64,000 nucleotides of DNA from Callorhinchus milii. Taxonomy: Eukaryota. Below, piece by piece: positions 11,801-24,800 of the stretch. Each line of letters begins with the position of its first letter. Position 1 is the stretch's first letter. The translations under genes were made by a program, and so were the position numbers. The DNA lies in NCBI RefSeq assembly GCF_018977255.1, contig NW_024704812.1:124001-188000 (forward strand), given 5' to 3'. The notes under the pieces were generated by a model, which was not told the DNA's origin, ran no database searches, and saw nothing but the letters and a program-made list of their open reading frames with translations.

Positions 11801-14800
11801 ATTATTGTATTAATAATATAATATTGTAGATTGTATTAATAATATAATATTGTAGATTGTATTAACAATATAATATTGGAGTGGGCTCCGCATGACAAGG
11901 ACGCACTTTTCCATTGGTCCAAAAGCAGATGTCGCTGGGAACACTCAGCCGGTCAGGCAGCATCTATGGAGAGAGGAAAGTGAGTCAACATTTTGGGTCC
12001 ACGACCCTTCATCAGAATGTCAGAACGAAGGGTCGTGGACCTGAAACGTTGACCCGTTTCCTCTCTCCATAGATGCCGCCTGACCTGCTGAGTGTTCCCA
12101 GCGACGTCTGTTTTTGTTTCAGATTTCCAGCATCTGCAGTATTGCCTTTTGTTTGTATTGGTCCAGCTCACCTTGTATGGTAAGGGCCACCGGTTTGCTG
12201 CTGTCACTGCCCACCAGGTTACTGGCCGTGCAGATAAACCCTCCACTGTCGTTCCTGTGTACGGGGCTGATTGTCAGAGTGCTATTATCTGCAGACAGTG
12301 TGTAACGTGGGGTTACAGGTAACGGGTGTCCATCCAGTGCCCAGGAATAGGTGAGGAACGATCCCATCGCTGTACATCTCAGTGTCACTGTGTCTTCGTT
12401 CTCGATAAATATCTCCTTGTCTGGACTCAGGCTGATGCTCACATTGGACACCAGGGCTGTAAGATAACGAGTTTCATTTCATTCAGAAACTTGTTCAGAT
12501 TCACTTCACTGTCACAAACCTGTTCGGAGTCACTTTGCTGAACCCTACACTTTATTTCTGACGCTGTTTGTTATGATTCACTGTTTATTCAGGTCTCAGT
12601 TTGGCTCATTTGGTAGCACAATTTTATGGTTTAAAGCCACACTCTGGGAGCTCACAGTCCAGGTTTATTGGCTTAATGAATGAGATGAAATGGGCCCGGG
12701 GGCCGGATGCGGCCCGTGGGCCACCAGTTGGCCCACCCTGCTCTCACCGATGCTCTGAAGCAGGGTGGCTGCCGTGGGCCGGATTCCCGTTTGTCAAAGA
12801 TCCACGAGCCACATCCAACCTGAGGCCATTTCCACTCCCTCCCTCCCTCCCTCCCTGGTCAGCGGCAGGAGCTGATGGTTGGGAGACCCAGCGACCAGAG
12901 CCTTTACTGCAGTCTGTCAGGAGAGCAGAGCAAATACGTCTCTGCTCCTCACTCTCCCCCTCCCTCTCCCCTCCTCTCTCTCTCTCCCGCCCCCCCCCCC
13001 CCCTCTCTTGCTCCCAAGATCCACTGGCACTTGCCTGGCTTTCCTATCACACACTAAACCCTGTACCCCATCACCCCGCCTCGCCAGGCCCCACTGGCTC
13101 CCTATCACACACTAAACTCTGTACCCCATCACCCCCGCCTCGCCAGGCTCCACTGTTTCCGTATCACCAAACAGATCGATTTTGAGATCATCTCACTCGT
13201 TTTCAAATCCCTTCATGCCATGGAACTGCCCTAACTCTCCGACCTGCTCACCCCCACTGCACCTCTCGGTGCTCCTCTTGGCTGGTTCCATCCTTGTCTT
13301 ATTTGTCCCTCGTCCCCTCCACTCCACCATCAATGGCTGTGTCTTCAGCCACTGCGTCACTTTCTCCCTCAATCCCAACGCCTCGCCCCTCCCTCCCACT
13401 TCAATCGCGCCTAAAGACCTTCCAGTTTGATCGTGTTTACAGTCACCGCTCCCTCTCCCTCTCCCCCCGGGTCGGGGTCAGACTCGGCCCTGCCAAGTGC
13501 TCCGGGACACTCCGCGTGAAGGGCGCTGTTGTTGTTTACTCACTGTGAACACGCAGTTGTAAATCTGCTGAGGCTGCTCCGAGGATAAAGTCATACACGA
13601 ACTGAGTACGAACCGGAATCAGCCCGGAGTCACTGTGTCCAGACGTAGGTGGGCATTGTTGGGGTAAAGCTCAGCCCGACCCTGGTAGTCTCCATAGTAC
13701 TTTCACTGTTGTTCCCTGTGCTGTTGCGATTGTGGAGCTGGTGTTGACTTTCCATATTATACTAAAATTTCCCTGTTCACTGGGCATTACCAGGAAGTAC
13801 ACAGATTGTCCGGCTGTGGCTTCTATCTGACTCTCAGTGACGGTCAGACTGAAAGCTCCCACCTGCTCTGTAATACAAAAACACACAACAGTCAATCACC
13901 AAATATCACAATGTAATAATAATATTCATCCTTGCATTTGATCTAACGTCTTATCACGTCTTTGAGATGTCTCAAAGCGCTTCACAGAATTACTGTCAGG
14001 TGAATTGACTATATTTGTGGACAAAAGTTTTGAAGGAATTATTACCCCCAGAAAAGCAATCCGCCAATCGACTAACAACCAGGTTTCTACTTACTTCTGA
14101 TAAACAGAGGCGTGTGGGTACGTGTGAAGTAAGGAAACTTGCCCAACGTTTCCCCCAGAGGGGAAGCGAACCCAGATCTCTCACTTACAAGGTGAGCGCT
14201 CTTACCACTGAACTACAGAACTGCACAATTCAGAAAATGTCATTTGTTTAAGATGAAAGATAGATTTAGATAGATTTCTGCTAGAAAATAATAGCTTGGG
14301 ATACAGTAGATAGACCCACAGATACACACAGAAAGACATAGAGAGAGAGGAGACAGACACATACACACACCGAGACAGAGACACACACACAGAGGCAGAG
14401 AGAGGTACCATTTGTGTAGCGACTTTCACGTCGGGAGGATATCTCATAGATAGACACACTCACAGACACAGAGAGTCACTCACACACATAGAGAGACACA
14501 CACAGGCACATCCACAAACACACAGAGAAGGAGACACAGACACACAACGACACACAGACACTCACAAACAGAGAGATACACAAACAGACACTCACAAACA
14601 GAGAGATACACAGACAAACAGAGACACACATAGACACTCACAAATGCATATAGAGAGACACACACACACACTCATACACACGCGGACACAGAGACACACA
14701 CACACTCACAAACTGAGAGAAACACACACACACTCACAAACAGAGACACAGACACACACACTGAGAGACAGAAACACAGACACACACAGAGAGCGACACA

Positions 14801-15145
14801 TACACAGAGACACACAGAGAGACACATACAGAAAGACATAGATACACGCGGATAGATAGAGAAACATACCGAGAGACAGACACCCCCAGATAATCACACA
14901 CACACACACAGACAGAGACATACTGTGAGACAGACACACACATCCAGACAGAGATATATATATACACACACACAGTGGGAGACACACACAGTATATAGTT
15001 TGGGACACGACATGTGAACGACTGCCAGGACGGTGGGGATGAACGAGATGGACCTTTGCTTATGTTGTTACCAGTAACTCACCCAATTAGTGACCAGAAT
15101 GAGCAGAGCAGCCACCAACATCCTCGCGGCTGGAAACCACCACAT
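5099..15145 (-). CDS. Copy A: CEACAM/VSIG10L-like ITAM receptor, 6 Ig domains (V-A-A-B-C-D-TM-cyt), about 688 aa if leader/V indels are errors; otherwise a pseudogene
   Basis: Exons: leader 15145-15083 (63 nt, 1 short); V 13867-13544 (+1,+1,-2 indels, internal stop as assembled); A 12456-12172; A 10203-9919; B 9284-8994; C 8451-8212; D 7873-7559; TM 7101-7003; cyt1 6265-6210; cyt2 5881-5837; cyt3 5161-5099. All have GT-AG boundaries; Ig exons are phase 1-1. Confidence 0.8.
10390..10745 (-). mobile_element. tRNA-derived SINE unique to copy A
   Basis: Complete tail-body-head in reverse orientation. Confidence 0.8.
11010..11620. repeat. Compound (CA)n/(GA)n tract unique to copy A
   Basis: Direct inspection. 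Confidence 0.95.
11921..12150. mobile_element. Penelope-like inverted-repeat remnant (hairpin), unique to copy A
   Basis: Arms of about 90 bp (11921-12010 and 12027-12114) around a 16-nt loop. The sequence ...ctcagc.ggtcaggcagcatct.tggagag...gacccttcatcagaa resembles, from recall, the abundant shark Penelope-type repeat. Confidence 0.7.
12700..12745 (-). mobile_element. hAT-Charlie-like MITE terminus (also about 27970-28020)
   Basis: Reverse complement cagggtgggccaactggtggcccacgggccgcatccggcccc resembles MER58/Charlie-type ends (from recall). Confidence 0.55.
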
Positions 15146-15275
15146 ATAACACGTTAGGGAGAGAGACAGAGACAAACTGAATATGGGCTGTCACCTGAAC
15201 ACAGGGCAGAGTCTGCTGTTAATCATTATTGTTACTGTAGAGAGACCCTGACACTGGCTCTAATGGCACCCGGTG

Positions 15276-15335
15276 CACTTTCACTTTGTCAGGAATTAAT
15301 ATGTTAATTTATGAGATAAATAGATTTACTTCCTG
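15276..15335 (-). promoter_or_regulatory. Putative IRF-E/ETS promoter of copy A
   Basis: cactttcacttt at 15276-15287, with acttcctg about 50 nt further upstream. Confidence 0.5.
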
Positions 15336-18197
15336 TAAGACACCATTTACGCCCTCACTATTTTTAAATATTATTATAATAATAGTCCTTACGTTTGACA
15401 CAGCGCCTTATCACGTTTTCGAGACTTCTCAAAGTGCTTCACAGGATACACTGAGAAATGTAGTGACTGTGTTTTGTGGGAGAAACGCAGCAGCCAATTC
15501 CATACAGCAACGTTCCACAAACAGTAAGAGGATTGAGTGCCGTATTAGTTACAAAAATTTTTGAATAATCCTTCCATCTGATACAGCACCTTATCACATC
15601 TTCGAAACGTCTCAAAGCGCTTCACAGGATACGCTGTAAAGTGGAGTGACTGTGTGTTTTGCGGCTGAAATGGCAGCCAATTGCACACAGCACGACTCCC
15701 CAACAAACAGTTGTGGATTGAGTGACCACATTATTATTATTTTTTAAAAGATATTATTGCCCCCAGGAAATCGATCCCCCAATCGACTAACCCCCGGGTT
15801 CCTACTGACTGCTGGTAAACAGAGGTGTGAGTAAAAAGTGTGTGTGTGTGTGTGGTAAGGAAACTTGCCTAAGGTTTTGCCCTGACACACCTGGGAATCG
15901 AACCCAGATCCGTTCGCTTGCGAGGCGAGCGCTCTAACCCCTGAGCTACAGGGACTCCACAAGATACTCACTGAGACACAAGTTTAGTGTGTGTTTTGTG
16001 ATGTGTTCAGTGACTGTTTAGGGATGTGTTCAGGGTCATGTTTCGTTACCCCATCACCCCATCTTCGTTCGACTCCACTGACTCCCCATCACTGAGAGAG
16101 TACAGTTCAAGCTCCTGGTCCTCACCTTCGAAGCACTCCATGGCCTCACTCCCCCCCACCTCTGTGAACTCCTAACTCACCCCCTACCAACCTGTCCATT
16201 CTCTCCACTCAGTAGGCTCCGGCCGGCTTCACATCCCCCACCCGCCTCCCCACCATTGGCTGTCGGCCTTCAGCCTCTCCGCCCCCTCCCTCGCCTCCTT
16301 CAAGGCCAGTTTCAAGACCTTCCTCGTCGACCATCACATCTTTGGTCACTGTCCTACCTCACTCTCCCGTCCTCTACCCTTCCTGATCCCAACCGCCAAC
16401 CTGGGTATAAACCTCTGACTGTCCAGCACTTTGGGATGTCCTCCTGACGTGAATATAATAATCATTCCATTTGATATCGCGCCTTATCACGTCGTCGAGA
16501 CATCTCATTCATAGAACACATTGTAGAGTGGAGTGACTGTATTTTGTAGCCGAAATACAGCAGCCAATTATCATTTAATTGGAAGCGGCTCAAAGAGCTC
16601 AGCAGGATATGCTACTGTAAAGTGTAGTGACTGTGTGTTCAGAGACTGTGTAGTGACTGTTCAGGGATAGTGTGCACCCCACCACACTCCTTACCATCTG
16701 ACACAAGATGGAATTATTGCGGTCAAACCAAAGGAATTTTATTACCAGAAGAAGATAACAAGAGAGAAATGTGGAGAGACGAGAGAAGCTGAGATTGTTC
16801 TCCTTAGAGCAAGAGGAGGATAGGGGAGATCTAATATAGGTGTTCAAAATGATGAGGGGTTTTGATAGAGTAAATAGGGAGAAACTGTTCCACTGGTGTG
16901 TGGGTCAGTAACGGGAGAACATAGATTTAATATAATTGGGAAAAGAATCAGAGGGAGACGAGGGGACATTTACGCAGCGATTTATTACGATCTGAAAACG
17001 TACTGTCGGAAAGGCTCATGAAATCAGATTCCATAGTAGCTTTCAAAAAGGGAATTGGACAGGGACTTGAAAAGGAAAACTATGCAGAGATACGGGGTAG
17101 GAGCGGGGGAGTGGGACTCATTGGGCAGCTCTTTCAAAGAACCGGCACAGACACGATGGGCTGAATGGCCTCCCCCTGTGTTGTAAGATTCTGTGATTCT
17201 ACAACCAATAATAATAATCTTGCATTTGATATAGCGCCTTATCACGTCTTCGAGATCTCAGAGCTCTTCACAGAATACACTGTAAAGTGAATTGACTGTA
17301 TATTTGTGGCGAAACGCGGCAGACAATTGCGCACAGCAGTGTCCTACAAACATTGTGGATCGAAGTAGCCAATATATTATTTTTTGTAAGGATTATTACC
17401 CCAGAAAAGTAATCCACCAGTCGACTACAACCGTATTTCTTACTTACTGCAGTGTAAACAGAGGCGTGTGCGTGTGAAATAAGGACATTATGCCCCGACC
17501 CGCCCAGGAATCAAACAAAGGTCCTCTCGCTGTGAGGCGAGTGCTGTAACCACTGAGCTGCAGGACCTCCAACGATAAAACCCCTGACAGTTAACCACCC
17601 GGAGCTCAGTGATCTGTGAGTTAGGAATGTCTGGAGTTAATCGCTGTACAGCTCAAAGGTTTCAGTTGGTTTGAAGCACTAATTTCATGTGGAAGTGAAA
17701 GCCATTGTAAGATTAGCTCACTCATAAAGCTGGCTCGTGGCCTCAGATTCCTGTACCTTGTCCTGTACCAGCTGACTGGGATAATAATGGTAATAACAAC
17801 AATAATAATAATAATAATAATCCTTGCATTTGATATACGCTTTTCACGTCTTCTAGACGTCTCGAAGCGCTTCACAGAATAGTGAATTGACTACATTTGT
17901 CGGTGAAACACAGCAGCCAATTGTACACAGCAGTGTCCCACAAACAGTCGTGGATTGGAATGACCAATTTATTATTGTTTTTTTGAGGGATTATTATCAG
18001 GGTGTGGGGTAAGGAAACTTGTCCAAGGCCTCGCCCGGCCAGGAATCGAACTCAGGTCTCTCACTAATAATAATAGTAATAATAGTAATTCTTGCAAAAA
18101 AGATAAATTGGTCACTTCAATCCGCAACTGTTTGGGGGGCACCTCTGTGCAATTACTTGGCTGTTGACTAACAAGCGAGGTCCTACTTACTGCTTGG

Positions 18198-18347
18198 NNN
18201 NNNNNNNNNNNNNNNNNNNNNNNNNNNNNNNNNNNNNNNNNNNNNNNNNNNNNNNNNNNNNNNNNNNNNNNNNNNNNNNNNNNNNNNNNNNNNNNNNNNN
18301 NNNNNNNNNNNNNNNNNNNNNNNNNNNNNNNNNNNNNNNNNNNNNNN
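18198..18347. other. Assembly gap (150 N)
   Basis: N run. Confidence 0.99.
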
Positions 18348-18827
18348 TACGTTTCACCCTGATACTGAACTCCTGGTAAATAACATTAACTTCTCAGTGA
18401 GCCGATAAGTCACAACAACAACAACTTGTATTTACACAGCGCCTTTATGAGGGTAGCGTCTCGGAGTGGTGGAGCCTGACGCAGAGCCAGTTGGAGGGGA
18501 GAGACAGGCAGAAGGTGACCGTGAGCATGGTCAAAGAGAAAGATTTTCAGTCTTGATCTAAAAGAGGGAGAAGGATAGGAGAGGGGAGTTAAGGGGGAAA
18601 GGCGGAGTGATCGGGGAGAGAACTCCACAAAGTCTGACAATACGACCCCCATGATGGATCAGAGGGCACGAGGGACACGCAGGAGGCCGGAGGCAGCCGA
18701 GAGGAGGCAGCGTGTAGTGGGTTGGGGAGTCAGCAGGTTGGAGAGAGAGGTAGGGAGGTGCCAGAGCCTGAAGAGATTTGTAGATGATTGAAAGGATCTT
18801 GAAATCGATCTACGTTGTCACAGCTAT

Positions 18828-21800
18828 CTACTTCTGGTGCCATTACGACGTAAATTGTGATAAATATCTTTTTTGGTGCTTTCCAAGGTCCTGAAACACA
18901 ATGCAGATCGGGACAGACCATTACTAACAACAACATTTTACACTGAACCTTTCACATCAGGAGGACGTCCCAAGGACCTGGACAGTCAGGGATTTGGATC
19001 TGAGCTGTGGGTTGGGATCAGGACGGGGTGGATGGTGGCGAGGGAGGGGTTAGGAAGGCGACCAGGTTGAAAAGGAAAGTCTTGTGACAGGCCTTGAAGG
19101 AGGTGAGGGAGTGATGGGGTGGGATGGAGGGACTGTGGGATGGAGTTCCAGAGGGTGGGGCAGAGTAACTGAAGGCCAACCGATGGTGGGGCAGGTGAGG
19201 CGGGGGATGTGAAGCAGGCCGGAGCCCGCTGAGCAGAGAGAGCGGACAGGTTGTTAGGGGGTATGGGAGCTGCAGAGTTAGTTCTGGATGATCTGCAGTT
19301 TGCACAGGGAGCGTTGGGGAGGCCGACAAGCAGGGAGGGGCAAAGTCAAGCCTGTTTGTGGTGAACACATGGATGAGGGCCTCGGTGGCCTGCGGTGAGA
19401 GACAGTGGCGGAGCCGGGCAATATGGCGGAGGTGGGGAAGGCATATCAGGTCATGGCATGGATGAGGGGATGAAGGACAGTTTAGGGTCGTAAAGGACAG
19501 AGTTGGGACAGCAAGAGACTGAGCCGGGCTGACACACTGTCCGTGTCAGCCATTTGTTTCTCACCATGTAAGGGCCTGAATCCTTCTGGGAGACATTGGC
19601 AGAGGAAGCCTAAAATATAACCAAACACAGTTTAGCTATTCATTAGCAATGTCGTTAGCAGTAAATAATAATAACCATTGCATTTCATACAGTGCCTTAT
19701 CACGTCTTATAACATCTCAAAGTGCTTCACAGGATACACGGTAAAGAGTAGTGACTGTGTGGTTTCATAATAATAATTGTTGCATTTGATACAGTGCTTA
19801 TCACGTCTTTGAGTCGTATCAAAGGGGAGCCAATTGCCTAAGGTTTTGCCCTGTCCGGGAAACAAAACCGGATCCTCTCGCTTGAGAGGCGAGGGCTCTA
19901 ACCACTGAGCTACAGGACTGCACAGGACTTACTCTGACATCATGGTCTCGTAGTATGGTTCACCCTCTGTCTCTTGCTGTGTTTTGGCTGGAAAATAAAC
20001 AACAACTTGTTTATTCAAAGGCACAGCCTCTGATGGTGGGATGGAGGGAACGAGGGACAAATAGGAGGCCGGTGTGGGGTGGGGGTGAGCAGGTCAGAGA
20101 GGTAGGGAGGTGCCAGGCATGAAAGGGTTTGAAACGGGTGAGAGTATCTTGAAATCGTAGAAAATCTTGAAAATAAACAAGAGTTTGGTGCTGAACCGGT
20201 GAACCTGGAGAGAAACGGAGAGGGAGGGACTGACAGAGAGAGAGATAGGGGTAGAGCCTGACAGAAAGAGAGAAAGACAAAGGAGGAGTGATTGATAGCG
20301 AGAGGGGGAGATGGATGGATAGAGACTGACAGAGAGTGAGATGGAGGTTGATAGAGAGAGAGGGGTAGAAACTGATAGAAAAGAGTGGGTGAAATGGAGA
20401 GGGAGAGACTGAGAGTGATGGAGGGTGATAGAGAGAAGGGGGAGAGACTGATAGAAAAGAGAGGGTGAAATGGAGGGGGAGAGGCTGATAGAGAGAGAGA
20501 GACAAAGTGGGAGAGACTGATAGTGAAAGAGAGTGAGACGGAGGGGCTAGAGACAGATAGAGAGAGACGGAGGGGTAGAGACTGACAGAGAGAGAGGACA
20601 GTGAGAGGGTGAGTGGCTGAGGGGGGTCTGGACTGGTATATAAACAACAGAACATGAAGGTGAAAGGTTTTCCTGTGTATATACGGCCTCACCTTCCTTA
20701 CGTTTCCTGTAAACGTACACCACAGCGAGTGTTGCAATGACCACCACAGCCACAGCCCCCACTATTGTCCCCACTATCAGGGCACATTCACTGCGGAGAG
20801 AAACACTTCACTGTCTCTCTATTAGATTATACTCTCGTAACACAGAGACCACAGCACAGACCTCATGTAAATCATATCAATCCTCGCATTTGATACAGTG
20901 CCTTATCACGTCGTTGTAAAGTGTAGTAACTGTGTATTTGTGGGTGGAACACGGCAGCCAATTGCACACAGCAGTGTCCCACAAACAGTCGTGGATTGAT
21001 TGACCAATTTTTGTTCTTTTGGAGGATTATGATGACCTCCGGAAGTGAACCGTCAATTGACTAACAGCGGGTTCCTACCTACTGCTGATAAACAGAGGTA
21101 CGCGTCTGTGTGTGTATGTGTGTCTATGTGTGTCTGTGTGTGTGTGTCTGTATGTGTGTGTGTCTGTGGGTGTGTGTCTGCGGTGGGGTGTGTATGTCTG
21201 TCTGTGAGTTTGTGTGTGTCTGTGACTGTGTAAGTGTGTGTGTGTGTGTGTGTGTGTCAACATATCATAACTTACTCCGCCTTTCAAAGTCACGTCAAAT
21301 TGGAAGAAGTTCTCTCCCATTGCGTTAGTGACATGGCATTGATATGTGCCCTGATCGGTTGCCTGGAATTCACTGATGAGCAGTTTAGAGAAGGTTGGTC
21401 CTGAGGTGATGTTGAACTTGCCGTCAGAGCCAGTGATGGAGTTGTCTTCCTTCGACCATGTAAAGTGTGCAGGCAGCAGGCCAGGGTCTGACACCCGCAC
21501 TGTGTCTGTCAGTGACACGTCTAAGGTCACATCTGCCTCCTTCCCCACTTCCACCTGAGGCTCAGACCCTGACGCTCTCTGGGGTTTATCTGTGTAACAG
21601 CACAGACAGTGTTCAGCAAAACAGCAACACAGTCACCCCAACAGTCAATAGGAATAATAATAATCCTCCCGTTTGATACAGCGCCTTATCACGCCATCGA
21701 GACATCTTAAATCCCATCTAAAGACCTTCCTCTTCGACCAACCGCACATTCAGCCACCCTCCCACCCCCAACCACCACCACCCCCCCTGTCCTCCACCCT

Positions 21801-24800
21801 CCTGACCCCAACTCCCAGCTCAGGTCCAAAAACCCTGACTGTGCAGCGTCCTGGAAAGTCTTTGCGACGTGAAAGGCGCTATACAAGTGTAATTTGTCAT
21901 CGTTGTTGTTGTTCAGCCCTCAAGTCCTCACCAATAACTATAGAGCATTGACTGTCAGAGACAACATGGCGTCCAACACATGTGAAGATCTCTCGGGAGC
22001 TGAGCTGATCCTTTGTGATGGTGACATTCCCCTCGTTTGTCGCATTGACAATCGTCTGTCCGACCTTCAGCTGAAGGACAGTGTCTGGCACCCACCAGCC
22101 CAGGAGCACATCAACACCAATGCTGTTCCTTTATCTGCTGCTCCGCATGTGATCTGCTGTGTGGGAGCCCCTTGAACAAGGCAAAGACAAACAGTCCAGT
22201 TATTGGCTCACCTTGAGTTGTCCCCACCCTCGCCCGGCTCCACTGGCTCCCCATCCCTCAGAGGATACAGTTCAAGATCCTGGTGCTCAGCTTTAAAGCC
22301 CTCCATGGCCTCACTCCTCCCTTCCTACCTCTGTGACCTCCTAATCCTGACCAACCGGTCCGCTCCCTCTGCTTAGCGGGCTCCGGCCTGCTCCATGTTC
22401 CCCGCCCGCCCATCCCCTTAAGCCTCTCTGCCCCCACCCTCTGAAACTCCCACAATCCCTCTGCCACGCCTCCCTCACCTCCTTCAAAACCTATCTCAAG
22501 ATCCTCCTCTTCGACAGACCGTGCCTTCGGTCACCCTCCTACACCCATCTCCCTGCCCTCCAACCCTCCTGATAGCAACCCCAGCTCAGATGTGGGTCCC
22601 TGACTGTCCAGCGCCTTGAGACATCCTCCTGACGTGAAAACCACTGTGTAAATGTCATGTATTGTTTACACAGTGCCAATTTTGACTGAGATCTAACTCA
22701 CTGTACACGAGGATTGAAACCTTCTCCGTGTGGCTAATCGTGGTGTAATCATTCTTCACATTGCAAGTGTAATCCCCGCTGTTGTTGAACGTGAGGCTCT
22801 CTATAGGCAGCTGTGAGGTGTTGCCGGCAATGACTGTGGTGTTATGTGTCCACCTGTAGTTACACTCTGGGAAACATTTCGTCTGACAGTTGAGCGTCAC
22901 TAAATCTCCCTCCTTCCCACAGTACTGTCCTGGGACCAAACTGTCACATATCACTTGCCCACTCATATATACTGTGGGTGGATCAGGGCCATCTGAAAGA
23001 AAAACATTAAGTGATGACATAGATAGATAAATGGGTGGCAGATGATAGTGTGAGAGAAACAGCCTTTTTACATGTATCACAGACCTCCGACTGTTTGTGG
23101 GTCCCTCCTGTGCGCAATTGGCTGCCGTCCCCCGACCCACCCACCCCACCATTGGCGGGAGAGCCTTCAGCCACTCTGCCCCCAACCTCTGTAATCCTAT
23201 CCCCCAGTCATTCCGCTTCACGCCCTCCTTAGCCTCCTTCAAGTCACGCCTCAAGACCCTCCTCTTCGACCATGCCATCGGCCATCCCCCTTCCCCGCCC
23301 CTCCCTTCTCCCCCCCGACACCAGCTCGGGTCTGAAATGCTGTCACTGTCCAGTGCTTTGGGACTCCTCCCGATGTGAAAGGCGCTGTACAAATGTAATC
23401 CTGTTGTTGTTGTTGTGTTTCATCCATAAAATATACAGTCAATTCACTTTACAGTATATTCTGTGAAGTGATTTGAGACGTGAGGAGGTGTTTTTTTTGG
23501 AGGGGTTAATACATTCGGAAAAGTGATCCGGCAATCGACTAACAAGGGTTCCACTTACTGTTAGGTAAACAACAAAATACAACAACAATAATATTACATT
23601 TATAGGCGTCCTTAACGTCGGGAGGACGTCCCAAGACATTGGCGCTGCTAAACAGTGGGGTGTATGTGTGTGGGGGGGTGGGGGTGGCGGCGAGTGTTGG
23701 GTGGAGTAATGTACCTGCCTAAGCTTTCGTCCTGACCTGCGCGGGAATCAAACCCAGGTCCTCTCGCTTGATAAGGCGATATATCAAGTGCAAGAATGAT
23801 TATTATTCTGATGATCATGACTATGATCATTATTATTGTTATTATCTTTACTGTTATTGCAGCTCAGGTCACGTGAGGCTGACTTTGGGTCATGGAGTTT
23901 AAAGCGAGTCGGGGTTCCTGCTCCTGGTCCCTAAACTCCCTCTCGGGCTCAGTGTGTGTGTTGCAGTCTGGTGGGGAGATTAGGTTTGTCTGTGGGGCCC
24001 TCTACAGTCAAGTGGCCGATTGACACTCAGATAGTGATGGGATCTTTAACCTGAACAGGCAGATAGTTTAACGTCTCATCCAAACAGCGGCTCTTTAATG
24101 ATAATAACAATAGTGGAGTCCTGTTGCTCAGTGGTTAGAGCATTTGCCTCGTAAGTGAAGTTGAATTCAATTCCCATCAGGGTGCGAATGCTTGGGCAAG
24201 TTTCCTTACTCCACACGCCTGATAATAAACCCTCCAGAAAGAAACTAATAGTAAATTGGTCACTTCAATCCACGGCTGTTTTGGGACGACGCTGTGTGCA
24301 ATTGTGTTTCACCCACAAATATACAGTCAATTCACTTTACAATATATTCTGTGAAGCATTTTGAGATGTCTCAAAGATGTAAAGAGCGCGGCATCAAATG
24401 AAAGGTTTATTATATTATTTATAGGGCAAAACATTGGGCAAGTTTCCTTACTCCGTACGCCTCTGTTTACCTCGCAGTGTGTGGGGACCCAGTTGTTAGT
24501 CGACTGATGGATCGCTTTTCCGAGGGTAAAAATTCCTTCAAAAAATAATATTCATGAATTGGTCCCTGAATCCCCAACTGTTTGTGGGACACTGCTGTGT
24601 GCAATTGGTTGACATTTTATGGAGTGGTTATTACCTCCAGAAAGCGATCCGGCAATCAACTGACAAGTAGGTTCCCACTTACTGCAGGTCAGCAGAGCCA
24701 TGTCTATGTGTGTTTCTATGAGTGGAGGAAGGACTATATGAGTTCCAAGTGCTGACGTGAGGCTTGAACCCACAACCTTCTGCCTTATAGAGAGCTGAGC

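Noticed and set aside
23850-24100. Unexplained block with GTCACGTGA E-box in the A2-B2 intron
   Set aside because: The adjacent gtttaacgtctcatcc motif suggests an old SINE core remnant; a single E-box is not enough evidence.
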